Source of the DNA: a candidate division FCPU426 bacterium
GTDB lineage: Bacteria > Oederibacteriota > Muellerivitia > Muellerivitales > Muellerivitaceae
Reading direction: 5' to 3'
Assembly (NCBI GenBank): GCA_963771075.1
Contig: CAVYSE010000001.1
Coordinates: 1-64,000, forward strand
DNA length: 64,000 nt
Part shown: one piece after another, positions 37,492 through 45,975 of the stretch
Numbering within the stretch: the first letter of the stretch is position 1
How the letters are laid out: every line of letters starts with the position of its first letter
The notes under the pieces: model-generated
Told to the model about the DNA's origin: nothing
Databases searched by the model: none
What the model saw: the letters and a program-made list of their open reading frames with translations, nothing else
Program-made: the position numbers and the translations under genes

Positions 37492-37815
37492 GTGGGAATC
37501 AATGAGGATGTCGTTAAAAAAATAGTCAGACGAATTCTCAAGGTTTATAAAGCCGACAAGATTATTTTGTTTGGTTCCGCCGCCACAAACCGCATGAACC
37601 CGGATAGTGACATCGATTTATTAATCGTCAGCAAGGGTGTTAAGGACGCGCTCACCGAAAGCGTCAGGATCGACACCGCTTTAGGCGGCTTGGGTTATCC
37701 TTTCGATGTCATCGTCATGCCCCTTGAGAGGTTCGAGGAAACCAAGAACCATATCGGCGGCCTTGCCTACCCCGCCAACAAGTACGGCAAAGTCATTTAT
37801 GCCAAAACCGCCTGA
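37492..37815 (+). CDS. minimal nucleotidyltransferase (MNT antitoxin)
   Basis: LFGS..DSDIDLL. Confidence 0.9.
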   Translation: MGINEDVVKKIVRRILKVYKADKIILFGSAATNRMNPDSDIDLLIVSKGVKDALTESVRIDTALGGLGYPFDVIVMPLERFEETKNHIGGLAYPANKYGKVIYAKTA

Positions 37816-38218
37816 CCGGGTCACGCAAAAGCTTGTCAATGAATGGCTTCAGAAGGCTGACCCCGATCTCCGCCTAGCGGAATTCCTCCTGGCCGAAAAC
37901 GCCCCCTTTTGGGATGCCATCGCCTACCATTGCCAACAAGCCGTTGAAAAATACTTAAAAGCCTTCCTGGTCAGCCGCCAAATAGAATTTCCAAAAACCC
38001 ATAACATCCGTGAATTGTTGGGGTTCGTCGCGAGTACCGGTTAGAAGCTGGCTCTTGACCTGAAGCCAACTGCGATTTTGACCCCCTATGGGTTTTTGGT
38101 TCGATATCCAGATGACGCCCAGCGCGTCGATCCAAAGAAGGCGGAAATGGCTTAAGGCTTGGCCCAAAAGGCCGAGAAAAGCGTTAAAAAGAAATTGAGG
38201 AATTTTTTTAAACACTGA
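37799..38218 (+). pseudogene. HEPN-domain protein with two in-frame stops (38042, 38153)
   Basis: YHCQQAVEKYLKA, PKTHNI, then after the TAG LTPYGFLVRYP. Confidence 0.85.
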
Positions 38219-38284
38219 ATGTTATATTGCCCCTTGGTTCGGGTTTGATAATGGGGGGACAGGGGAGAGTCTGGAGACATATCG

Positions 38285-39478
38285 ATGGTTCGAATTTATT
38301 TCGTATTAGTTTCCATCCTGCTTTTATTGGCCATCTTTGGGGCATTTTTCTACATCACCAAGATAAATAAACTCCCCCCGCCTGCCCCCGGGGTCTCCCA
38401 AAAGGTTCTCGCACCTCTAGCGTCACCCACCCCTGCCCGAAAGGAGAAAAGGGGCCCGAAAAAAGTGACCGAAAACCATGTGCGAATCCACACTCCAAAG
38501 GCGGTTTGGCACATCAAGAATAATTTAACCCCGACGCCAACCTCCGCCGTTGAAAGAGGCTCGGCGGATGCCAATAAAATCACTTTTGAACCGACTATGA
38601 TTCCATCTAAGAATATTCCCGAAGGTATGCCATGTCCCGCTCCGTTCATTTATCCATTGCCCCCGGGAGCTCAGGCTCTCCTACCGGAAAAAGCCCAGGT
38701 AATTAGTGACGGGTGGATAAACTTCCCGCGGAGGGAAAAAGAACTTTATGTTAGTTGTACGGTTATTGACCATATGAAGTATTGCTATTCAATCAATATC
38801 TTTTCCGCTCAAGGTGATCATTACGGTCTTGTTTTTCAAAAAGAGTTTTGCAGTATGGGTTTGGGTGAGCATTATTGCCAGCCCAATCCCAAAGACCCCA
38901 CGCTGCTTCTACTTGTTAATCAACTCCCTGTATCGCAGGAAAAAACTTTGGAAATTTATCGATGGGACAGTTCAGGGGTATCACAGATATTTACCGTCCC
39001 AAATTGGGGGGAACACCTGGCGGATCTCAACCATGATGGAGGCCGGCAAATCATTTGCATGAATCGATATGGTCCTGACAATATCCTAGCCTACCGGAAT
39101 GGGGAGATAGTCATCGCCAATTTTGATTACCCCGAAAATTACCATCAGGTAATACAGGAAATGGGTTTTGCCATTGACGATCCCGGCGTGCCGGACCATG
39201 AGAAGCTTTTTAAGGAAGAATACGGGGATTGGCTTCCGGCTTATTTATACGCAGGTCAGCTCCGCTACGGGCTCTATGTTGTCCAACAATTGCGGGAGAT
39301 CGCCAAAAGGTCCACCAATCCGGAAGACCAAAAGGCTCGAGGTAGGTTGGAGGAGAAATTCGAGCGGTTTGAATCGGAAGTAAAGATTCTCCAAGGGAGT
39401 GAAACAAAGAAAATAATGGAATTGAAAACCAAGATACCTTTGTTAGATAAGGCTTTGTCAAGGGACGAAGGGAATTGA
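38285..39478 (+). CDS. hypothetical membrane-anchored protein
   Basis: N-terminal TM segment, 397-aa ORF, GGAG RBS. Confidence 0.7.
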   Translation: MVRIYFVLVSILLLLAIFGAFFYITKINKLPPPAPGVSQKVLAPLASPTPARKEKRGPKKVTENHVRIHTPKAVWHIKNNLTPTPTSAVERGSADANKITFEPTMIPSKNIPEGMPCPAPFIYPLPPGAQALLPEKAQVISDGWINFPRREKELYVSCTVIDHMKYCYSINIFSAQGDHYGLVFQKEFCSMGLGEHYCQPNPKDPTLLLLVNQLPVSQEKTLEIYRWDSSGVSQIFTVPNWGEHLADLNHDGGRQIICMNRYGPDNILAYRNGEIVIANFDYPENYHQVIQEMGFAIDDPGVPDHEKLFKEEYGDWLPAYLYAGQLRYGLYVVQQLREIAKRSTNPEDQKARGRLEEKFERFESEVKILQGSETKKIMELKTKIPLLDKALSRDEGN

Positions 39479-39561
39479 ACCGGGTGCGTTTAGAAAGTTT
39501 CCAAAATCCCGGTTGCGCGGCAGGTAAATTGAAACTGGTATAATCCTGGAATGGAAAAAAA

Positions 39562-40575
39562 GGGTCAGGCCAACACATAACACTTAAAAAACAATTCGGT
39601 ATTTGATAAGATTCTGCCATGCCCCGAGCAAAAAGAATCCATTACGAAGGCGCGGTTTATCACGTCACTTCCCGGGGGAATGAACGAAGAAAGATCGTGT
39701 TTGACGATTCAGACCGTGGTTTATTCCTAAAAATACTCGCCGAAGTCGTGGAAGAACATCACCTGCATTGTCATGCTTGGGTATTGATGGACAATCACTA
39801 TCATTTGTTGTTTGAAACCCCGGCCGCCAATCTTTCCACCGCCATGAAGCATTTAAATGGGCTTTATACCCAAAGGTTCAATCGAAAAAGACACCGAGTA
39901 GGACATTTGTTCCAAGGCCGGTTTAAGGCCATCCACGTCGACAAGGAAAGTTATTAGAAGGAATTGTGTAGGTATGCGGTCTTAAACCCGGTAAGGGCCA
40001 AAATGGCGAAGCATCCGAAAGAATGGAAATGGAGCCGTTATCGGCCTACGGCAGGTATTGAGAAGGCCCCGTCTTGGTTGGAAACGAAGTGGTTATTAGG
40101 ATTATTCGATAAAAGGTTAGATACGGCCCAAAAGGCCTATCGAGAGTTCGTGGACGATGGGCTCCAAGGGGGAACCAGCCCTTGGGATGAGTTGAGGCAT
40201 CAGGTTTATTTGGGGAAAGATGAATTTTTGGAAAAGATGAAGGGCCTGATATCGAAAAAAGAAAACATGGATATGCCGAAATACCAAAAGAAAATCATGC
40301 ATCCACCGGTGGAGAAGGTATTGGCGAAGGTGGCGGAAGTTTATGGCGTGAAGAAGGAAGCAATCATAAAAAGCCGAAAGAAGGGAAATGAAGTGAGGGA
40401 TGTAGCGATCTATTTGCTGAAGAAAACGGCTGGAATAAGCTCAAAAGAAACGGCGAAGGTGCTGGGGGTGAGTTCGTCGGCGATTGGGAACCGATGGGCG
40501 GTGATAAAAATGCGCATGGAGAAAGACCGGCAATTGGAGAAAATGATCCGTAAGTGTCAAGTGTTGGCCTGACCC
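39562..40575. mobile_element. Y1/RAYT-like element bounded by 25-bp inverted repeats
   Basis: GGGTCAGGCCAACACATAACACTTA (39562-39586) vs reverse complement of 40551-40575, 23/25 identical. Confidence 0.8.
39619..40572 (+). pseudogene. HUH Y1 tyrosine transposase (RAYT/IS200-like) with C-terminal HTH; in-frame TAG at 39955
   Basis: YHVTSRGN, LMDNHYHL, GHLFQGRFK, RYAVLNPVRA. Confidence 0.9.
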
Positions 40576-40774
40576 CATTTTTTTTGTTTTTTTGCGAAAA
40601 CATCCAACCTCGAATACCATCGTCATTCTTTAGGATTAAATTCTCCCGGATGTTCTCCCAATGAAACCCCCGCCCGTTTTTTGAGTGCGGGCGCTACAAA
40701 ATGGTTCTTGCCACCCATTCAATGGATGGCGCCGATTTCTACTAAAGTTGCACACCATCCTTTTTGCGAGGGCC

Positions 40775-42502
40775 ATGTGCAGGCTTAAATGGCGTCCCCA
40801 GGTTTTTGCCGACATGGTCGGGCAAGAACACATTACCCGCTCTTTGCAGAACGCCATGAAGGCCGAGCGCGTGGCCCATGCTTACATCTTTGCCGGACCC
40901 CGTGGCGTGGGTAAGACCACTACCGCCCGCATCTTTGCCAAAGCCCTCAACTGCCGCGACCTGAAGAACGGTGAACCCTGCAACGTTTGCGACCTTTGCC
41001 AGGATGTGAACCAAGGGTCTTCGATGGACGTGATCGAGATCGATGCTGCTTCTTTCAACGGTGTGGACGATATCCGCAGCCTGCAAGAAACCGTCGCAAC
41101 CGCCCCCTCCAAGGCTAAATATAAGGTCTATATCTTTGACGAAGCACACCGGATCACCAAACAAGCCTTTGACGCCTTCTTGAAGACCCTGGAAGAGCCG
41201 CCCGCGCATGTCATCTTCATTTTGGCTTCGACTGAAATCCACCAGTTCCCCGCCACCGTCCAGTCCCGCTGCCAACGCTTCGAGTTCCGCGCGATGGGCA
41301 TGGATACCCTGGTCAAGCAATTGCGACGCATTACCGACGCTGAAGAGATCAAGATCGACGACAAGGGCCTCTATCAGATCGCTCGGGCCGCCCGCGGTTC
41401 CATGCGCGACAGCCAAAGGACCTTGGACCAGGTCGTGGCCTTCTCAGGAAAAGAAGTCAAAGCCGAAGATATCGCTATTGCCCTCGGCACCATTGAAGAA
41501 GAGGTTTATCTCAAGCTGGTCGAAGCCGCGGTGAACCAAGACGCTCCCTCCGCTTTGACCGTGACCAAGGCCGTCATCGATGGCGGCAAGGACCTGGAAC
41601 ATTTCTACGCCGGTTTGCTCGAAACCTTCCGCCACTTAGCGGTGGCCAAGGCTTATCCCGCTTCCGCTGCTCAATTCATTTCCCTGTCCGGCGAAGAAGT
41701 CGAAAAACTCGTGAAGTTCTCTTCCCAAATGGACGAGACCCAGATCCTCTCCTCCTTGCGTCTTCTCATTGAGCAAGAATGGGCCCTGCGCCATTCGAAC
41801 AACCCGCAGATCGTTCTAGAAACCGTCGTTTTGGAATTGTCCCATTTAAAACAGCTCACTTCGGTGAATGCTTTGTTGAAGCAGACCGAAGGCGGCGCGG
41901 CGCCGGTCTTGAACAACCCTAAACCCGCCATAGTTGCGCCCCGGCCAGCCGCTCCCATTGCCGCTCCTGCCTCGACCCCGACCTATTCTGCACCCGCCGC
42001 GCCTAAGGCTGCGGTTGTCATGGAAGGTGAGCCCGTATTAGCTGTTGATGAAATAGAAGAACCGATCGAGGCTGAAAGCAGCCCGGAGATGGCCAAGCTG
42101 AAATCCCAATGGCAAGAATTGTTGGAAAAGGTCGGCGCCAAGAACGCCACGATCAAAGCTGTCTTGAACGACACTCATCCGAAAAGCATCAAAGACGGCG
42201 TCTTAACCTTGTCCTGTAAAGGTCCCTTTCACTTCGACAAGCTGTCCGTTGCCGAGAACAGGGCTATTGTTGAAGGCATCATTTAAGAATTGCTGGGGTT
42301 GAAGCTCACCATAGTGCCCTTGGCGCCGCAAACCACTAAACCCGCCGCCGGGGATAAACCCACCATGCGGTCCCCCAAGTCGATGTCCACCGCCAAGGTG
42401 GATGTGAAAGAGATCGAGAAGGACGAGCCCGTTGTGGCCGCCGCCATGAAACTTTTTGGCGCCAAGGTCGTCGAGGTCAAACGCAACAACCCTTCAAAGT
42501 AA
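40775..42502 (+). pseudogene. dnaX: DNA polymerase III gamma/tau, 5'-truncated at the repeat, in-frame TAA at 42284
   Basis: LKWRPQ starts at the first base after the repeat; GPRGVGKTT, EIDAAS, LKTLEEPP, SRCQ, GSMRD. Confidence 0.92.
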
Positions 42503-42511
42503 AAAGCCGTT

Positions 42512-44218
42512 TCAAGATCCATTTTGCGAGTGAATCGAAAAACCGCTGAAGGCTCCGCATTTAAAGACCAATCGCGCGTAGATCTTCTTGTGAAAATTCT
42601 CCAGAACATACTGGTAGTAACGCAACCCCTCCCCGGTCGAGCAAATCACCAATACCCGCGGATTGTCCACTGCGTCCCGAAGAGGTTCTTTCACTCCAAA
42701 ACTTTCCAAACCATTCAAACTGGCCGGACTGGTCTGTGAAAAAGAAGATATCCAAAGATGAAAGGGCCGCAGACACTCGAGGTCATCGAAAGCACCAAAG
42801 CCTTCCAATGGGAACTGCCAGATCACATAAAGCCGATCAGATCGAGGCTGAGCGTCAATGAGATAGTCATGAAGGGTTTGTTGAGCATCCTGCCGCTGTC
42901 GGGCTTGTTGGTAATAACCTTTTAAATTCGGGAAACAAAGGATCAAAGCCGCTGCCAATACCGCGCCTTTTCCCCAAGAGACCAGATCTCTCCCCGTTTT
43001 AAAAGACTCTCCTTCGACGAGAGCCCAGCTCAATGAAAAGGCCAGCACCGGTAAAGTGACCCGGTCCGGCGCCCGCAAAAGATAGATCAGTCCCACGAAC
43101 AGAAGGAGTGTCCACAAGAACTGAGCAAGAAGGAATTTTCTCGCGGACGAAGAACAAAAAAGACCCAATATCAGGAGCGCCAAGATCATCCGCAGGTCCC
43201 AATCAGATAGCACCAATTCTTCTAAGCTGTGGAACGAAGCGGTCTTCCCTTCGGAACTCCATCGGGGAAAAGAAGCCCCGATCTTGCGAAAAGCTTCTAA
43301 GTTGAACTTTGCCGGGTCGGTATAATACCAATTCTTAAAAAGCCAAAGGTCGTTCTCAGTCCACCCCGCCGCGTCAAAGACCGGTTTGGTTTGGGCCGTA
43401 TAAAAAGGAACATGGTAGTCCTGAAGTTCTACCCGAGCCTGGTCAAAGTCGCGGTATTGCCGCCAAGCGGGATCGTTCTGGAACCAAAAGAAATGGAACA
43501 GTCCTAAGACCAATAACCCCGCTCCTATCAGGATAGGGAAGCCTTTTTTCTTAGCAATGAACTCCCGCCACTGAGGGTCTGAGAGACAAGAGATCCAAAG
43601 AGGAAGCGCGAGCACGAATGCCAGTGCTAATGAATCCATTCGGATCAAAGCGGAGAGCCATAAGAGGACCGTCCCAGTGACGAGTGATCCATTCGAAGGT
43701 TTTTCTTGGCCATCCCGGCCGGACAACAGGAAAATAAAAAGTCCCGCTTCGGCGGCCAATAGGGCCGTGATGGTGAACTGAAGAAAAACAAAAAAGAGGA
43801 AATAAACGCAGACCCACGCGATGGTGAAAAGGAGAACTCGTCCCCACACCAAAGCCTTTCGCAGTGAAAGCCAAAGAACGGCCCACAAAGCGCCGAACTG
43901 GGTCAGGCAGAGGAACCAGCCGTACCAAGGAAAGGTCTGCCGCCAGCGATAAAGCTCCCGCAAAAAGTAGCCCAAAAGAACGTTGGAGTAACCGATAAAA
44001 GGTGAAGCCTGGCCCGAAGCATTGATGCCTTTGACCGCCAGGACCTTGAAAATGTCATCGTTGACCAGGAAGAATGGCTTGATAAAAAACAATTGGATGC
44101 TGAAGAGGATTAGCGTTATTGTGAACGACGCCAACGCGGGGTTGTCGCCGAAAACCCGCGAAGGTCGGTTCTCGGCCTTTGCGGCAAGAGGATGTTTGGG
44201 TTGAGAAAGACGGGGCAT
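42512..44218 (-). CDS. polytopic membrane protein, possibly GT-C-like
   Basis: Many TM segments, VNDD after the first TM; TAAAAT 7 nt before ATG 44218. Confidence 0.75.
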   Translation of the reverse strand: MPRLSQPKHPLAAKAENRPSRVFGDNPALASFTITLILFSIQLFFIKPFFLVNDDIFKVLAVKGINASGQASPFIGYSNVLLGYFLRELYRWRQTFPWYGWFLCLTQFGALWAVLWLSLRKALVWGRVLLFTIAWVCVYFLFFVFLQFTITALLAAEAGLFIFLLSGRDGQEKPSNGSLVTGTVLLWLSALIRMDSLALAFVLALPLWISCLSDPQWREFIAKKKGFPILIGAGLLVLGLFHFFWFQNDPAWRQYRDFDQARVELQDYHVPFYTAQTKPVFDAAGWTENDLWLFKNWYYTDPAKFNLEAFRKIGASFPRWSSEGKTASFHSLEELVLSDWDLRMILALLILGLFCSSSARKFLLAQFLWTLLLFVGLIYLLRAPDRVTLPVLAFSLSWALVEGESFKTGRDLVSWGKGAVLAAALILCFPNLKGYYQQARQRQDAQQTLHDYLIDAQPRSDRLYVIWQFPLEGFGAFDDLECLRPFHLWISSFSQTSPASLNGLESFGVKEPLRDAVDNPRVLVICSTGEGLRYYQYVLENFHKKIYARLVFKCGAFSGFSIHSQNGS

Positions 44219-44319
44219 ACCTGGGATTTTATCAAACCCCTCTTCCAGCCTTGCGGTTATGTTGCACACCATCCTTTTTGCGAGGGCCATGTGCAGGAGC
44301 CTGTAATTATTGGATTTTT

Positions 44320-44655
44320 TCAATGTTCAGCCGAATTCGGCGTGATTTGGATAAGTTCAAATGCAGATTCAATGTCAACATCATCTTTCATAGAACTTAG
44401 CGTACCACTGAAAACCGAATCCTCAAAGCACGACCGGCAGAGCGTACTGACAAAAAACTTCTCGGTCTTCTTTGCGAATGTCCCCTTGAATTGTTTCTCG
44501 AGTTTATCCCGTTCTTTTGAATACAATTTCCCGATATACATATTCCGTAAAACCGGCTTGAGACCATAATTCTTGCACCACTGAACCGCCTTGTCCCGAT
44601 GCCGCCAGTTGCGCGTTTCCCACGATACTAGGGTAATGGCATTGAAATTGTTCAT
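44320..44655 (-). CDS. cas2: divergent Cas2-like protein
   Basis: 111 aa, ATGA overlap with cas1, CKNYGL and LCRSC motifs; SWET where Cas2 has YDI. Confidence 0.7.
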   Translation of the reverse strand: MNNFNAITLVSWETRNWRHRDKAVQWCKNYGLKPVLRNMYIGKLYSKERDKLEKQFKGTFAKKTEKFFVSTLCRSCFEDSVFSGTLSSMKDDVDIESAFELIQITPNSAEH

Positions 44656-45662
44656 GATATCGAAAAAAGTTTTTCCGCTCGAAATGGATTGTACTTGCCT
44701 TCCTTTTCAACAAAGTGGCGAGCCAACGCCCTAATCTGGTTATCGATGATCTGCTTAAGAGTATATTGCTTGCCCCGCCATGCCGTCATTTCATTCAACC
44801 GCTTCATGATGGCACCTACCACGACGCTTTTTCCTTCAGGTGATAACAGATATTTACCAACCGCGATTTTTTCAAAATATTTCCGTTGGTTCAGTTTCTT
44901 TTCTATGAAAAGCGGGAAAAGCACCGAGTCGACGATTGGTACGCGGAATTCTTCGACAAGATCGAGCACGAGGGCAGGCTTACCATAGCGTTCACTGTGG
45001 TAGAGGCCGAGATATGGATCAAGACCGACGTAAAGACATGCCCGTTCGACTTCATTGTAAAGGATGCCGTAGCCGTAATTCAGTACGCTGTTAAACTGGT
45101 CTCTGCCTTGTGGTTTACGGCCCGGGAATCTATGGAATTTCTTTAGCCCGCTGAAATATTTGTCAGCGATGTATCCCTCGGTACCAAGGAGTTGCTCCTT
45201 GCCCTTCTCTGAACACGGAACATTGTCCAAGACATCAAAAAGTGTCTGTGCTTGTAAGAGCTCCGTCCCCACATCTTTTTTGTATCGATACGCGAGATAT
45301 CGGAGTAGATCGAGCTGATTAGCGCATTTGCCTCGCACTAATTCTTTCGCGATATTGAACGATCGCTCAAGCGAAGTTGATGCTTCCAGTTGGGCTTTAC
45401 GAAGACTCGCCAGGCCTTTTGGTTCGCTTGAAAATACTCTTCCGATGGGTTTGCCAAATGAACCGAGATAGACGATATCAACATCGTGCTCAATCGCGAG
45501 CTGAACCGCATGAGTCGTGAGCGAGGCCGGCCGAAGTATAACTATTTTCTCCAGTCTATGGATCGGGTATTCTTTTTTCTCTTTAACTTTCGGAAAAGAA
45601 AGGACGATGCGCTCCCCAATTGTGCCGATCTTGGTACCGTAAGTATCAATAAGCAAGTCCAT
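44652..45662 (-). CDS. cas1: CRISPR-associated integrase Cas1
   Basis: LLGTEG, NSVLNYGYGIL, GLDPYLGLYH, LVLDLVEEFR; catalytic E/H/acidic residues present. Confidence 0.96.
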   Translation of the reverse strand: MDLLIDTYGTKIGTIGERIVLSFPKVKEKKEYPIHRLEKIVILRPASLTTHAVQLAIEHDVDIVYLGSFGKPIGRVFSSEPKGLASLRKAQLEASTSLERSFNIAKELVRGKCANQLDLLRYLAYRYKKDVGTELLQAQTLFDVLDNVPCSEKGKEQLLGTEGYIADKYFSGLKKFHRFPGRKPQGRDQFNSVLNYGYGILYNEVERACLYVGLDPYLGLYHSERYGKPALVLDLVEEFRVPIVDSVLFPLFIEKKLNQRKYFEKIAVGKYLLSPEGKSVVVGAIMKRLNEMTAWRGKQYTLKQIIDNQIRALARHFVEKEGKYNPFRAEKLFSIS

Positions 45663-45975
45663 GTGGCCTGTCCCCCAAATTTCGTAAACCATCCTTGTAT
45701 AATTACGTACAATATTTAATAAACCAGCATCTGAAAATATAATTCCTCCAGATATTCTTGATTCGAAACAAAAGCAAAATGATTTGAGCGGAAAAAACAA
45801 ATTTGAAGAAAACCCTACCTTCTTGGCTGTTCCTGGCTGGTAGCTTTGCTTGAAAATGCCCCCAATCTGTTGTATTTTAGCTCCCCTTTCTTTACCTTTA
45901 GCGTGTGGGCCCAAATGTGGGCCTTTTTTTTACCCATGAATAGGAAAACCTGATTCCCGTGTGTGGAGTGAAGAG

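Larger units (their letters stand above)
40747..44297 (-). CRISPR. two identical 37-bp CRISPR-like repeats (40747-40783, 44261-44297) around one 3,477-bp insert
   Basis: Minus strand CCTGCACATGGCCCTCGCAAAAAGGATGGTGTGCAAC, with TGCACA/TGTGCA dyad and 3' TGCAAC; 22 bp from the cas2 stop. Confidence 0.75.

Noticed and set aside
40775..42502. E. coli-type programmed frameshift site in dnaX
   Set aside because: No A-AAA-AAG slippery heptamer or long A-run was noticed; the break is a plain in-frame TAA.
40639..45758. Classical casposon
   Set aside because: No PolB gene or TIRs are seen, and Cas1 is paired with a Cas2-like gene.
45663..45914. N-terminal extension of Cas1 in the ORF track (420 aa)
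   Set aside because: It runs through the AT-rich intergenic/promoter region; Cas1-like sequence begins at MDLLIDTYG (45662).
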